Positions 23,301 to 32,176 of a stretch of 64,000 nucleotides of DNA are shown in pieces (the first letter of the stretch is position 1; every line of letters begins with the position of its first letter). The stretch spans positions 54,188,001-54,252,000 of the forward strand of contig OZ076416.1 of assembly GCA_964187785.1 (NCBI GenBank), read 5' to 3'. Source of the DNA: Amphiscolops sp. MND2022. Taxonomy: Eukaryota. The notes beneath the pieces were generated by a model. That model ran no database searches, had not been told where the DNA came from, and saw only the letters and a program-made list of their open reading frames with translations. Both the position numbers and the translations under genes were made by a program.

Positions 23301-25296
23301 GGGCGCACTGGTCTGCTTTGATTGCTTTATCTAGGTACTCTCTCATGAAACTAGAAAATGCTGAGAGAGATCTGCTTAGGCCTTGCGCTAGTCGCCTATA
23401 AGCGAAGGTTCGGCTGGCAAAGTTAAAAGCGAGCATTTGTATGGATTGGTAGTCCGCCATTTGTAGGCAGTGGTAAGCCTGTGAGCAGTCCAATTTGCAG
23501 AAAAGCTTTTTCCCTGCCATATGTTGCGCTGCGTCGGACAATGTGCTTACCGGGTGGTTGTTATTTGTATAGTCTTCGGTTATCAAATTGTTGATTTTCC
23601 TGAGGTCAACAAGAAGTCTAAGGCGTCCATTTGGTTTGCGTTGAGCAAAAATTGGACTAGCATATTTGGAGAAGGGTAATGTTGTTATGATGCCGTATTT
23701 GTGTAGAAGGGCAAGTTCTACTGTAATGTCGTCTTTAAGGTCGATTGGAGTTGGCAGACTTTGGCTGTACGCTGGTCTGTCATCATTGGGTGTGAGTTTT
23801 ACCTTGAATTCCCGATTTGTGCCAATGTCGAAGCGATGACGAGCAAAAATGTCATGGAAGTCAATGAGAATTTCTTCAATATGCTGACGTTCTGCTTGGC
23901 TGAGTGTCGTATCGGACCAGTCAAAATTGGAAAGGAATGTTTTACGCGATTCTTCATTGTCTTGGGGGTTCAACTTTTCAAGTCGTTGCAACTCGAGTAG
24001 TTCGTCATATATTCGCTGTTGAATTGGGGTGTAGGTTGTAGGATCGCCTGGCTCCTCTGGAGTTGGGAACCAGTAGGTTTCTTGTTCTTGATTCTGTGGA
24101 GGAACTTTCAAGAGTTCATGTAAGTAGATTTCCGATGTATCGTCATGTTGCATCATGAACGATAGTATGGTTGGGTCTACTGGTTGTATGTATTTGATTT
24201 GTTCTGGCGTCAGTATTTTGAAGTCCGCCAGGTGAGTGTCAAGGGGAATTGTGTATGGTAGTTCAGAAAAATTAATGATTTGGTACCCGATAGCATTATT
24301 GTTAACCGTGCTGAGTGACGATGTGATGAAGATGCTATCGTGTTGTTCAAATTGTTGGGATGGGGTTACAACTCCTGTTGCATCATGGTCCATGAGGTGA
24401 GGCATTCTGCTGGCTATGGCGAGGGTTTCGCCAGGTTGTAGAGTATAAGTGTTTTCTGCTAACAGTGGAGTTGCCTGACGCATAGTTATTTGCGTATCAG
24501 GTTTAAGTTGCATTGAAAGATATGGAAATGTCAGGATGCCTTGAGTGACATCGAAGATGGCATTGTTCCGACGTAGGAAACAAAGGCCAATTAATGGGTT
24601 CGGTAAATTTTTCATGATGATGAAATTTTCTCTTAGCATAAAGTCAGCCACTTCGAATTCTAGTAAGACAGTGCCAATTGGGACTTCTAATTGTCCGTTG
24701 GCCACCATGATTTGAAAATTTGGCGGTGGGCCAGTTTCTCGGATTGCATCATTTGCTAACAATTTAATTTTGTTGAGATCCTGTTCGGAAATTGCACTCG
24801 TTAGGGCTCCTGTGTCTATGAGTCCGTCGAGAGTTAATTTTTCGAAGTCCATAGGCATGTAGTACATGTGGCGTTTACGCTTTAGTGTAAGAGAGGTTGA
24901 TATTGGAAAGTATGATAGGTTTCGTTCCTTATCGAACTGTATATGTTCGGTGAGGTCATCATCAAGAAGAGGTTGCTTTTGTTCGTTGCAAGAAGAAATC
25001 GGTGGTTGTGGTTGTATCGTGGTGGTTTTATGTTGGGTTTGTGATGTTGGGTCGATTTGGGGTTGGTTTTGTGGTGTGGGTTGTTCGAAGTAGTTATCTG
25101 GTGCATCTCTCAAGAGTTCATAGTATTGATCTGGAGAGGTGTTCGGAGTTTCAGATGGTTCAGGAGTTGGAGGAGTAGAGTCAGGTTCAGTAGTTAGTCG
25201 TTTGAGTTGAATGTCTATGGTTTCCACTTGATGCTGCCAGTCATCTTGTGGTTTTATTGCGGCGTTGTTGTTAAGGCGTGGCGTTTCTAGTTTAAA
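20389..25296 (-). CDS. pol: Gypsy Pol polyprotein (protease, RT, RNase H, integrase), expressed by -1 frameshift
   Basis: LIDTGA; YVDDI; SDASF and FTDN; HHCC (HGHNSNH...CQTC) plus D-D-E (QMDIL, ITDLG, ILERTH); GPY motif; frame open from the slippery site to the stop at 20389. Confidence 0.97.
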   Translation of the reverse strand, partial: FKLETPRLNNNAAIKPQDDWQHQVETIDIQLKRLTTEPDSTPPTPEPSETPNTSPDQYYELLRDAPDNYFEQPTPQNQPQIDPTSQTQHKTTTIQPQPPISSCNEQKQPLLDDDLTEHIQFDKERNLSYFPISTSLTLKRKRHMYYMPMDFEKLTLDGLIDTGALTSAISEQDLNKIKLLANDAIRETGPPPNFQIMVANGQLEVPIGTVLLEFEVADFMLRENFIIMKNLPNPLIGLCFLRRNNAIFDVTQGILTFPYLSMQLKPDTQITMRQATPLLAENTYTLQPGETLAIASRMPHLMDHDATGVVTPSQQFEQHDSIFITSSLSTVNNNAIGYQIINFSELPYTIPLDTHLADFKILTPEQIKYIQPVDPTILSFMMQHDDTSEIYLHELLKVPPQNQEQETYWFPTPEEPGDPTTYTPIQQRIYDELLELQRLEKLNPQDNEESRKTFLSNFDWSDTTLSQAERQHIEEILIDFHDIFARHRFDIGTNREFKVKLTPNDDRPAYSQSLPTPIDLKDDITVELALLHKYGIITTLPFSKYASPIFAQRKPNGRLRLLVDLRKINNLITEDYTNNNHPVSTLSDAAQHMAGKKLFCKLDCSQAYHCLQMADYQSIQMLAFNFASRTFAYRRLAQGLSRSLSAFSSFMREYLDKAIKADQCAQYVDDIGIAANNAQQLCANIRTVFECIRNAGLKLTMSKCHFGVKQVDFLGRTITPEGVAPQAEKVKNFLSKLRFPKSKKALQRYIGFLNYYRNYIPRLSERLSPFFKLLKETSKFYVPTNLVEDFINLNKLLENSCQLALKQPLKDKQLIIMSDASFTAAGYAIMIEDDPNQKLQSKRKTYAPIAFGSKTFNPTQTKMSIYAKEFLSIYFAFGEFGHLMWGSTFPVIVFTDNRSVTRFFQAKLIPPALWNACDYVLQYNFVIAHVAGSMNTAADFLSRAEVNPVEKLELTIRNDINTKAIEVNIQSSGIVEEEQIYILPDDELDENQLWQEKQNIRDQAQNETHNEPENNITELQQFHKPTSGLNTCSEGHFRDNAKIRLEQNNDIVLRNLRAKIEGHPFDEHELASDYRYHHYLQNIARIEIKQEVLTRRYYTDTGTTSHYQILLPAQLLEEFLQALHGHNSNHPGITKMIQEARQKYYYSCIAKYIKKWVTNCQTCIQTKRINNDLLRTELLNCPEWDLGPEDILQMDILPNLPPSGGYDHIITAIDVFSRYLFAYPVTRITASAVARVIMDILCKHTYLPTTIITDLGTQFNAQVTHEVAAVLGIELKHATMKHAQTIGILERTHASVKTHLKAATGEFRNNWHRFLPLAVLNHNTTYHATLGCEPSRVFHGRIPHNILDYKLGYNPNPKYLPHTDVAEEVQRRMKILLDQTKKNIMQSYLKYKAYYDRKAKASPLETTDYCYVLNPKADTQATKIPFREFRWQGPYKVEKVLPNNNYIVRRLGTNKTQLLHRIRLRKFTPQAPLADIFVRETDWQKDDQLPITQDDLYAQSWNTNFGPNPFEDNPPEYSQNIEDIEYLPITSPENNHPPSLEISKNSGGSPVEQTTEQDQNHENHDDETPQQVNEENDNNTQKTQKDTNTSTDNDIQKTPENSQNTPSQEEPINTRGEKYNLRPNPNPNYSDTYRY

Positions 25297-26984
25297 TCCT
25301 TCGATGAGGATTGTTGGAGTCGTTCCATTTTGGGTTTGATGTGCTTTTTGGCTTGTTTGTAGTTCTCAATAATCTTCTTCTGGGCTTCTGTGAGGTTCCA
25401 TTTAGGTGGGCGATTTTCCATGTTTTCGCCAAAATAGCAATTTTCTTCAGTGTGTCCTGGTGTGTTACAATTTTCACATTTGTCCGCTTCCTGATCTTCC
25501 TGAAGTTTGCGTCGCTTGGCTAGTTTTGGGCAATCGTTCATCATATGGCCCTCTTCTTTGCAATAACGACATTGGGTGTCTTTAAGGGTCTTGTTTGGGA
25601 CTGATTTTGGCGTTTGTGTTTTGAGTTTATCAGGTTGTTTTTTGTTGGTTTTTTCTGTCTTTTGTTCTTTTTTGGTTGCGGTCATCTGTGTTTTGACCAT
25701 GGATTCATCGGATTCCAATCCGTTTAGTTCCATCTCTCGTTCGAGATGTTTGACGATTTGGTTATAGGTGCCATTTTCAAGGTATGCTTGATTAATGGAC
25801 TTTTTGAGGTGGGGGGGGGGCATCTTAGCATAAAGTAAATTCTCTATCATTTGATGCGCATTAACCCCAAACGCTTTTTTGGCACTTTCTTCGAGTTCTT
25901 CGAGGAAATCTGGGAGTTTTTGGTTTTCGGGGTCAAAGATGAGTCTATTGAATCTGTGTTTGGCAGATGCGCTGGACTCCGGTTTTACGTATTTTCGTCG
26001 GAAAACTTTGAGAATGTCTTCTAATGTTGTTGTGGGCGTTCTTTGTATGTTTTTGAACGTTTTCAGTGCCAGGCCTCTCAGGTGGGCGTCGAAATGATTG
26101 ATTTTCATGTCTTCTGTAAGATTCGGTTGCATTCTGAGTGTTGTGTGGAACAAGTCCTCAAAATACTCAAATTTTTCATTTTTCTCGTTTTTTCCATTAA
26201 ATGTGAGTGTGTTTTTTGGGTGGAAGAATGTTTGTGATTCGTTTTTGTTTGCTAATTTTTCTATTGCCAGGGCAATTTGATTGACTGGGTCAAGGGGTGT
26301 TGCAGATGAAGTTGTTGTGTTCTGGGCTGCGTGGGATCCTGTTGTGTCGTTTAAAGACTGTGGGTTTTGCGAACTCTGTCTATTGAGTTGTCGGTTAGCT
26401 CCTGTCACCATGTGATAATCCTCTATTAAGTCTGCGTCAGATTCTTCGTCTGAGCGTATTGTTACATCTATATCCGATTCAGCTCGAAACATAGGCTTAG
26501 CAGGATGTCTCAAGTCTTTCATTTTAGAAGCTCTTAGAGGATGATCTTCATTTTCTGAGTCTGAATTTTCGTTTAAAGATGCGTGAACTCCTATAGACTT
26601 ATCTCTGGATCCCGACGGCTGAGTATTTTGTGTTTCATTTGTTTCCGATCTTGGATTTGTGATTGTAGATTCATTTTTGTTAGTTTTGATTTCTTTTAAG
26701 ATCGCTTCAAACTTGCTATCGATTTCTTCTCTCATTTTCCCTATTCTGTCGTTGTTTCTTTTCTCCATTTCTTGTGTCCAAACTTGAATCTCATTACTGA
26801 TTAGACTGGGTTCAGTTAATTGATTTTCCAAGTTGTTAGGACCTAAATTTTCTTGATCAACTAAGTTAGAATTAGTTAAAGTCGTATTACCTGGGTTTGG
26901 AGTCTCTACATTCTCCTCTCTGCTTGGAGAAGGAGTTTCCAACCTTCTAGACCTTCTACTTCTCTTGTTTCCCATTCTGCTCAA
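25287..26984 (-). CDS. gag: Gag (565-codon open frame; first ATG at 26975)
   Basis: Capsid-like region (FEDLFHTTLRM...LRGLALKTF); two CCHC knuckles CRYCKEEGHMMNDC and CENCNTPGHTEENC. Confidence 0.93.
   Translation of the reverse strand: MSRMGNKRSRRSRRLETPSPSREENVETPNPGNTTLTNSNLVDQENLGPNNLENQLTEPSLISNEIQVWTQEMEKRNNDRIGKMREEIDSKFEAILKEIKTNKNESTITNPRSETNETQNTQPSGSRDKSIGVHASLNENSDSENEDHPLRASKMKDLRHPAKPMFRAESDIDVTIRSDEESDADLIEDYHMVTGANRQLNRQSSQNPQSLNDTTGSHAAQNTTTSSATPLDPVNQIALAIEKLANKNESQTFFHPKNTLTFNGKNEKNEKFEYFEDLFHTTLRMQPNLTEDMKINHFDAHLRGLALKTFKNIQRTPTTTLEDILKVFRRKYVKPESSASAKHRFNRLIFDPENQKLPDFLEELEESAKKAFGVNAHQMIENLLYAKMPPPHLKKSINQAYLENGTYNQIVKHLEREMELNGLESDESMVKTQMTATKKEQKTEKTNKKQPDKLKTQTPKSVPNKTLKDTQCRYCKEEGHMMNDCPKLAKRRKLQEDQEADKCENCNTPGHTEENCYFGENMENRPPKWNLTEAQKKIIENYKQAKKHIKPKMERLQQSSSKDLN
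25290..25296 (-). promoter_or_regulatory. -1 programmed ribosomal frameshift heptamer U_UUA_AAC
   Basis: GAT TTA AAC TAG ends gag; the -1 frame TTT AAA CTA GAA is open into pol. Confidence 0.85.
26393..26410 (-). promoter_or_regulatory. Primer-binding site (tRNA-Leu-like)
   Basis: TGGTGACAGGAGCT directly follows the LTR-terminal CA; resembles the tRNA-Leu PBS TGGTGTCAGGAG. Confidence 0.75.
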
Positions 26985-27898
26985 GTGAAAATGTATTTCG
27001 GTTGCTGGGGAAGAATTTCAATTATCTTTCGGTATCTCAAATCCAAAGAAGGATCAATATAGTCAAGAGAAAAGTTTCGCAAAAGACAGAAAGGTTTACA
27101 GCAACTGTTTTGCACAAGGTAGAATTGATGAATGACTGATTCCCAACACTAGAAACTCCAGAAAATTAAAAGCATGACACCCCTTTTTATCGCAATCATC
27201 ATCAGAAAAATATAAAAATAGAATTTCATCATCATGACATCAGGTTATATATATCTCAGTTACATGACTTTCAGAAGAATAAACAGGACCCTAGAAGGCC
27301 TGGAAACAGCACAAAATGACGTATGAAGTTGTGTTAGTGGTTGGAATTCTCAATACATTGAAATGATATAATGAATGAACAATTAAAGCGAAAAACGTAC
27401 AGTAACGAGTATACGCTACTTCTCGAACCGCGTAATGCCGCATAGTAAAAAGTGCATAGTGACGAGTATACATTATGCTTTAATCCGTAGGATGCCGCAT
27501 AATCCAATTACGAAAGACGCATACTTGCGAGTAGTCAACATATCTCAAAACGCATAATGACGTATAGTCATTAGCACATATGATCATCTGATGACGTCAT
27601 ATCTTAAAAGCAATATCAAATGGAAGCCAATTAGTCATTCAATGTGATTTTTGGGTATAAATCTCTAAGTTTTGGCTACGTATGACTCTCCTATCGCTCG
27701 CAAACAACTTCATTTATGAAAAGCATCATTAAAAATATTTGCATGACTATGGCAAATTAACAAATAAAGTTTTGCAAGGTGTTTGTTCAAGTTCTTCAAA
27801 GTCTATTTACGATGATTTCTGGGTGTTGATATTGTCGCTGCTCGCATTCATCTCTCATTGCTGCACCACGGGTCCAGTACAGCTGTATGGCTGGAACA
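26411..27898 (-). repeat. 5' LTR (1488 bp)
   Basis: Begins TGTTCCAGCC, ends TTATCACA; near-identical to 12010-13495. Confidence 0.97.
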
Positions 27899-27966
27899 CA
27901 TGATTTACCTAAATCATCAAATTTTTGGAACATTACCTGAATTTACCTAAATTTACCTAAAGTAGC

Positions 27967-28541
27967 ATGTCTTTTTTCTCAGAAATAGCTCCAGTTCTCA
28001 GAAATGTGGCAACAGCTGCTCAGCGCTATTGCCTCGTGCGTTTAGTTTCTGTTTGTTTTTCACAAAATGTTCAAACTATTTACGAAAATGATTCAAAACT
28101 TCTCGCTGAAGTAAGGTTTTTGAAAAGTAACCTTGTGAGCTTTAAGGGTTCCATTGAAAATTTGGAAAGCCAGACTTTGCCCTTGATTGATACTACAACA
28201 ATTGTCTGCGAAACACTCGCCGGATTCCTAATTTGGATAGAAGGATATTGCAGAAAACTGAATCGATTATCGAAAAAAATGCTGGATTCTCAATTGTAGC
28301 TGCAATTGCAAAGTGCATCACCGGCTTCAATGATTTACTACCGCCAGAAATATTGGATCTGGAATTCTTTCCTTCTGAGATGGCGTCCTTCAAGAATGAC
28401 CATATAACTTCTGTTGATGTTGAAAGAAGTTTTTCGACAATGAATCACCTGTTTTCAAAGCAGCGTGAATGCTTCGCTTTCGAAAATTTTAAATATTGTT
28501 TGATTTTCTACTTCAACGCCGATGTATTTGATGGAAAATAA
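27967..28541 (+). pseudogene. hAT transposase C-terminal remnant (frameshifted)
   Basis: ITSVDVERSFSTMNHLFSKQRECFAFENFK dimerisation-type motif, lying inside the hAT TIRs. Confidence 0.75.
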
Positions 28542-29279
28542 ATATTTTCCAATTATAATACTTGTTTTACCCAATTTTACCTAAATCAGGGATGTCGCCT
28601 ACCTAAATCACCCAGTTATTTTACCTAAAAAACCAAGCCCTGTTGATAAGGTATTCGTAAGCTCCTCAATTCCCCCCATTGTGTCTGAAATAATATCTTG
28701 ATATACACTGCTGTTCAATGATCAAACATTATCGCATGAATCTTCAGCAATTCAATATGGAAGTTTAATATTCGTGAGATGCAACTAGCGCTCAACCGAA
28801 ACGTGACTTCAGTTCTGGTAAATAAATATTGAATATTTGTTCATGGGAATGGTCGTTTGTTTGTCAGAGAAACAAAACGGTTGAGACAAATCTCAAGATA
28901 TGGAAGATTAAATACCATAGCGCCTTCAAGTTGACAAGATAATCGATCATTTAAATCACAACTCGTTCCGTTTCAGCTCAGCAGTGACGAGGAGGAGGAA
29001 TATGAAACGACACAATCAGGCAGGCATTTCATCAATTCAGACAACTTAGAATTATGCTTAACCATAAGCTTCAAGTCCACCAATACTACTAGGTCTTGGA
29101 AAATGCCAATTAAAAGTTGCTCATATTTGACGGCAGAGAGAATTTGCGTTAAAATTCCTAGACGATTTTAACTCAAATTATCAGGGTATATTTTTGACGG
29201 ACGTGTCAAAACAACTGTACAGACAAGTATTTGTAACCATATCAAATTCTTTCACTTGGCACAAATTATGCTCGCAAAT

Positions 29280-29860
29280 TATGTGAAATTTTGGGGAAAA
29301 ATCGATAATGTTATACGAGAAATGAAAACGTTATATCCGAACTTTCAAAATGATACATCCGAACTTTTAAAACGTGATATCCGAACTTTGAAAACGTTAC
29401 ATCCAAACTTTGAAAACTTTACATCCGAACTTTGAAACGTCATATCCGTATTTTGTAACGTTACAGCTGAACTTTGAAACGTTAATCCGAACTTTGAAAC
29501 GTTATATCAACTTTGAAAACGTTACATCTGAACTCTGAAAACGTTACATCCGAACTTTGAAACATTATATCCGAATTTTGAAACGCTATATCCGAACTCT
29601 GAAAACGTTTCATCCGAACTTTGAAACGTTATATTCGAACTTTGAAAACGTTACATCCGAACTTTGAAAACGTTACATCCGAACTTTGAAACGTTGTATT
29701 CGAACTTTGAAAACGTTACATCCGAACTCTGAAAACGTTACATCCGAACTTTGAAAACGTTACATCCGAACTCTGAAAACGTTACCTCCGAACTCTGAAA
29801 ACGTTATATTTGAACTTTGAAAACGTTACATCCAAACGAAAATCTGGGTTATCCTCTCTT
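29280..29860 (+). repeat. 21-22-bp minisatellite (gaaaacgttacatccgaacttt) with conserved flanks
   Basis: More than 20 units; array and flanks match 57915-58250 in inverted orientation. Confidence 0.9.
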
Positions 29861-30385
29861 TTTTTAAAGATTCTATTTTTCTCCGAGTAGATATATTCTA
29901 CAATTTCATCAATGATTATAGTTAATTGAATTGTCATGCTAATCAATCAAAAGCGACAACAGTAAGATGGGTTACTGATGAGATTGTCACAAAGTATTAA
30001 TGAAGTTATCTTCGGGTGTCAGCAATCTAGTCAACTTTAATTAACTACGAAATGAAGTGACATCTGTCTTTATAAAAGTAGGTGACTTCAAGTTTAAATA
30101 AATATTTGAAAGTTCTTGAGGACATGCATCATGGCATCACATTAGTTTTTAAGTACTCATTAACATGATAATGAAAAAAATGGAACCGTGAATGAAATGA
30201 AATGCCTGCACGACATCAACAGAAAGTGCCTTAACTACTGCATACATGAGCGACGATGACTACCCAGAGGTTTGTAGCACTTGAGTTGTAATCACCAGAA
30301 AAGGTGCAAAAATGTTCATAAAAAATTAGAAAGTTTTGGCCTTTTTGTACACTTGGGGGCATTTTCTGACACTTTCTTTAGAATA

Positions 30386-31200
30386 AACAAGCCGGGACTG
30401 GCCCAAGTCGGCGCCATATCCAAGGCTCAAAAATAGCAAAAAGACTTCCAAGTGTCAAGTACTCTTTTACAGTACTCGAAAATCGAAATTTTTTGAAAAA
30501 AATTTTTCGAAAAAATTACATTTTCAAAAAAAAATACAGTAGTCGAAAATCGAAAATTTTTCGAAATTTTTTTTTGAAAAAATTACATACTAAAAAAATG
30601 GACCGAGTGGCGCGCCGGGGCTCGCTACCGCGAGCCCCTGGCGCGCTAACGTCTCACAATGCCGAAAAACTGAAAGGGGGACCCTTTGAGGTTTTTCAAC
30701 ATCCATTCTGTCGCAAAACATGAAAAAATTGAAGAAAAAAAATTTTTTTTTTATTTTCGGGATAAAATCTCACAATGCCGAAAAAAACTGAAAGGAGGAA
30801 CCCTTTGGGATTTTCCAACATCCATTCTGTCGCAAAACATCAAAAAAATGCAGGGGGGACCCTTTGAGGAAAAAAATTTCGGAAAAAAAATTCCGAAAAA
30901 AAATGTCTCGCAGTGCCGAAAAAAATTGAAAGGGGGACTCTTTGGTCTCTCCCGGTATGGTATGTTACGCGGAAAAACAGGTTAGGCAGAAAAATAAAAC
31001 CATTTTGGTCCAATTCGCTAGGCCAAATGGTGCAATTTGACACCATAATATTTTGTAGAACTTTTAAGAACTATTTTGGTCAGTTCGTGTGGATAGAAAA
31101 AAAAAGAGTCACTATAATAGTCGCGTTTCACTTCATGAAGCGCCGACTAAAAAGAGTCACTATAATAGTCGCGTTTCACTTCATGAAGCGCCGACTAAAA
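30386..31200. mobile_element. Helentron/HINE-like non-autonomous element, copy 2, with a 48-bp terminal tandem duplication
   Basis: aacaagccgggactggcccaagtcggcgcc ... gaagcgccgactaaaaa; internal caGtgccgaaaa/aaagggggaccc subrepeats; inverted homolog of 5094-5661. Confidence 0.65.
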
Positions 31201-31577
31201 AATCAATTATCTCCACGAATAGCTACGCTACGAGCCTAATTATCTGGTAGGTGAATTCCGCGAAACGAACTCTATCTTCTAAGTACAAATTTAGAGCATT
31301 GCAAAATTCGGGAAATATGCGAGTAGTTTTTTTTATGAAATGTGGGCGGAAAATGAGCTCCGAAAAACATTTCCTTGTTAACCGACTGAATGCTGGAGGG
31401 TTGGGCTGAAAATGGCTTTGAAAGTGTAAACTCTAGTAATGGGCTTACTTTTGACAATTAAATGTCAAGGTTTAATTAGTTTCGGTTTCTAAATCTGCAA
31501 TAACTGATTGTAGTGATTTCGGGAAACTTACGAAAGTTCAACTATATTGATTATAAAGTAACTCTGTTCGGTTGCAG

Positions 31578-31661
31578 GAAGCTCTACAGTCTTCAATGAT
31601 GGCCCTCAGTTATGATGCACCTTCATTGGATATCGAAGAAGACCTTTCGCAAGGCCTGAAT
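31578..31661 (+). CDS. Host zinc-finger gene, exon (84 bp, phase 0-0)
   Basis: ttgcag|GAAGCT...CTGAAT|gtaagt; EALQSSMMALSYDAPSLDIEEDLSQGLN. Confidence 0.65.
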
Positions 31662-31799
31662 GTAAGTCATTGTATCTACGTCTGAAATTTCTGATTTTTA
31701 TCAACGTTTTTTCATCAATTGTTTTTGTTCATTTATCCGAATTGCTGTTGATTAGTTTCATGGTTATTGTTCAATTCTTATTACTTTGATGCCCACAGC

Positions 31800-32143
31800 C
31801 AGAGTTTTGACATCGCTTATTTTTTCCGGTAATTGCTAAACCGCTAATTTCAAAATCGCTATTTCACTGAAACACTTTTTCGACTAACTATTAAATGTTT
31901 GAATTCAAGATTGTTTTAAAAATAGAACGATAACTTAATTGAATTTTTACAAGAAAAAAAACTAGAATTTTTATACTGTGTGGACTTTACAGATGAAGAG
32001 TTGGAATGTTTCGAAATTCATTTTAAAACTCAGTGTATCTTCCGAAGAAATTTTGAATTTGGACAATATATTAATTGCTGCTAATTTGAATCGCTAATAT
32101 AATCGCTGCGAAAATTCTGCTGAACCGCGGTGTCAAAACTCTC
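31800..32143. mobile_element. hAT-type MITE (344 bp) in a host intron
   Basis: TIR cagagttttgaca / tgtcaaaactctc; 8-bp TSD CCCACAGC at 31792-31799 and 32144-32151. Confidence 0.85.
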
Positions 32144-32176
32144 CCCACAGCGCTTAAAAGTAACTCCCACTTTCAG

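Larger units (their letters stand above)
12010..27898 (-). mobile_element. Full-length giant Ty3/Gypsy LTR retrotransposon (15,889 bp) with accessory cargo
   Basis: TGT...CA LTRs; TSD CATGA at 12005-12009 and 27899-27903; PBS, PPT, gag, and pol in PR-RT-RH-IN order. Confidence 0.97.
11940..28642 (+). mobile_element. Deleted hAT DNA transposon (~0.8 kb net) split by the Gypsy insertion
   Basis: 8-bp TSD TTGATAAG at 11932-11939 and 28643-28650; TIRs taggtcttggttttt / aaaaaaccaagccctg; internal SVDVERSFS transposase remnant. Confidence 0.85.

Noticed and set aside
28977-29019. Upstream exon of the zinc-finger gene
   Set aside because: Needs a non-canonical GC donor and the reading frame is ambiguous
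29330-29830. CRISPR-like array
   Set aside because: Contiguous minisatellite units with no unique spacers; eukaryotic context
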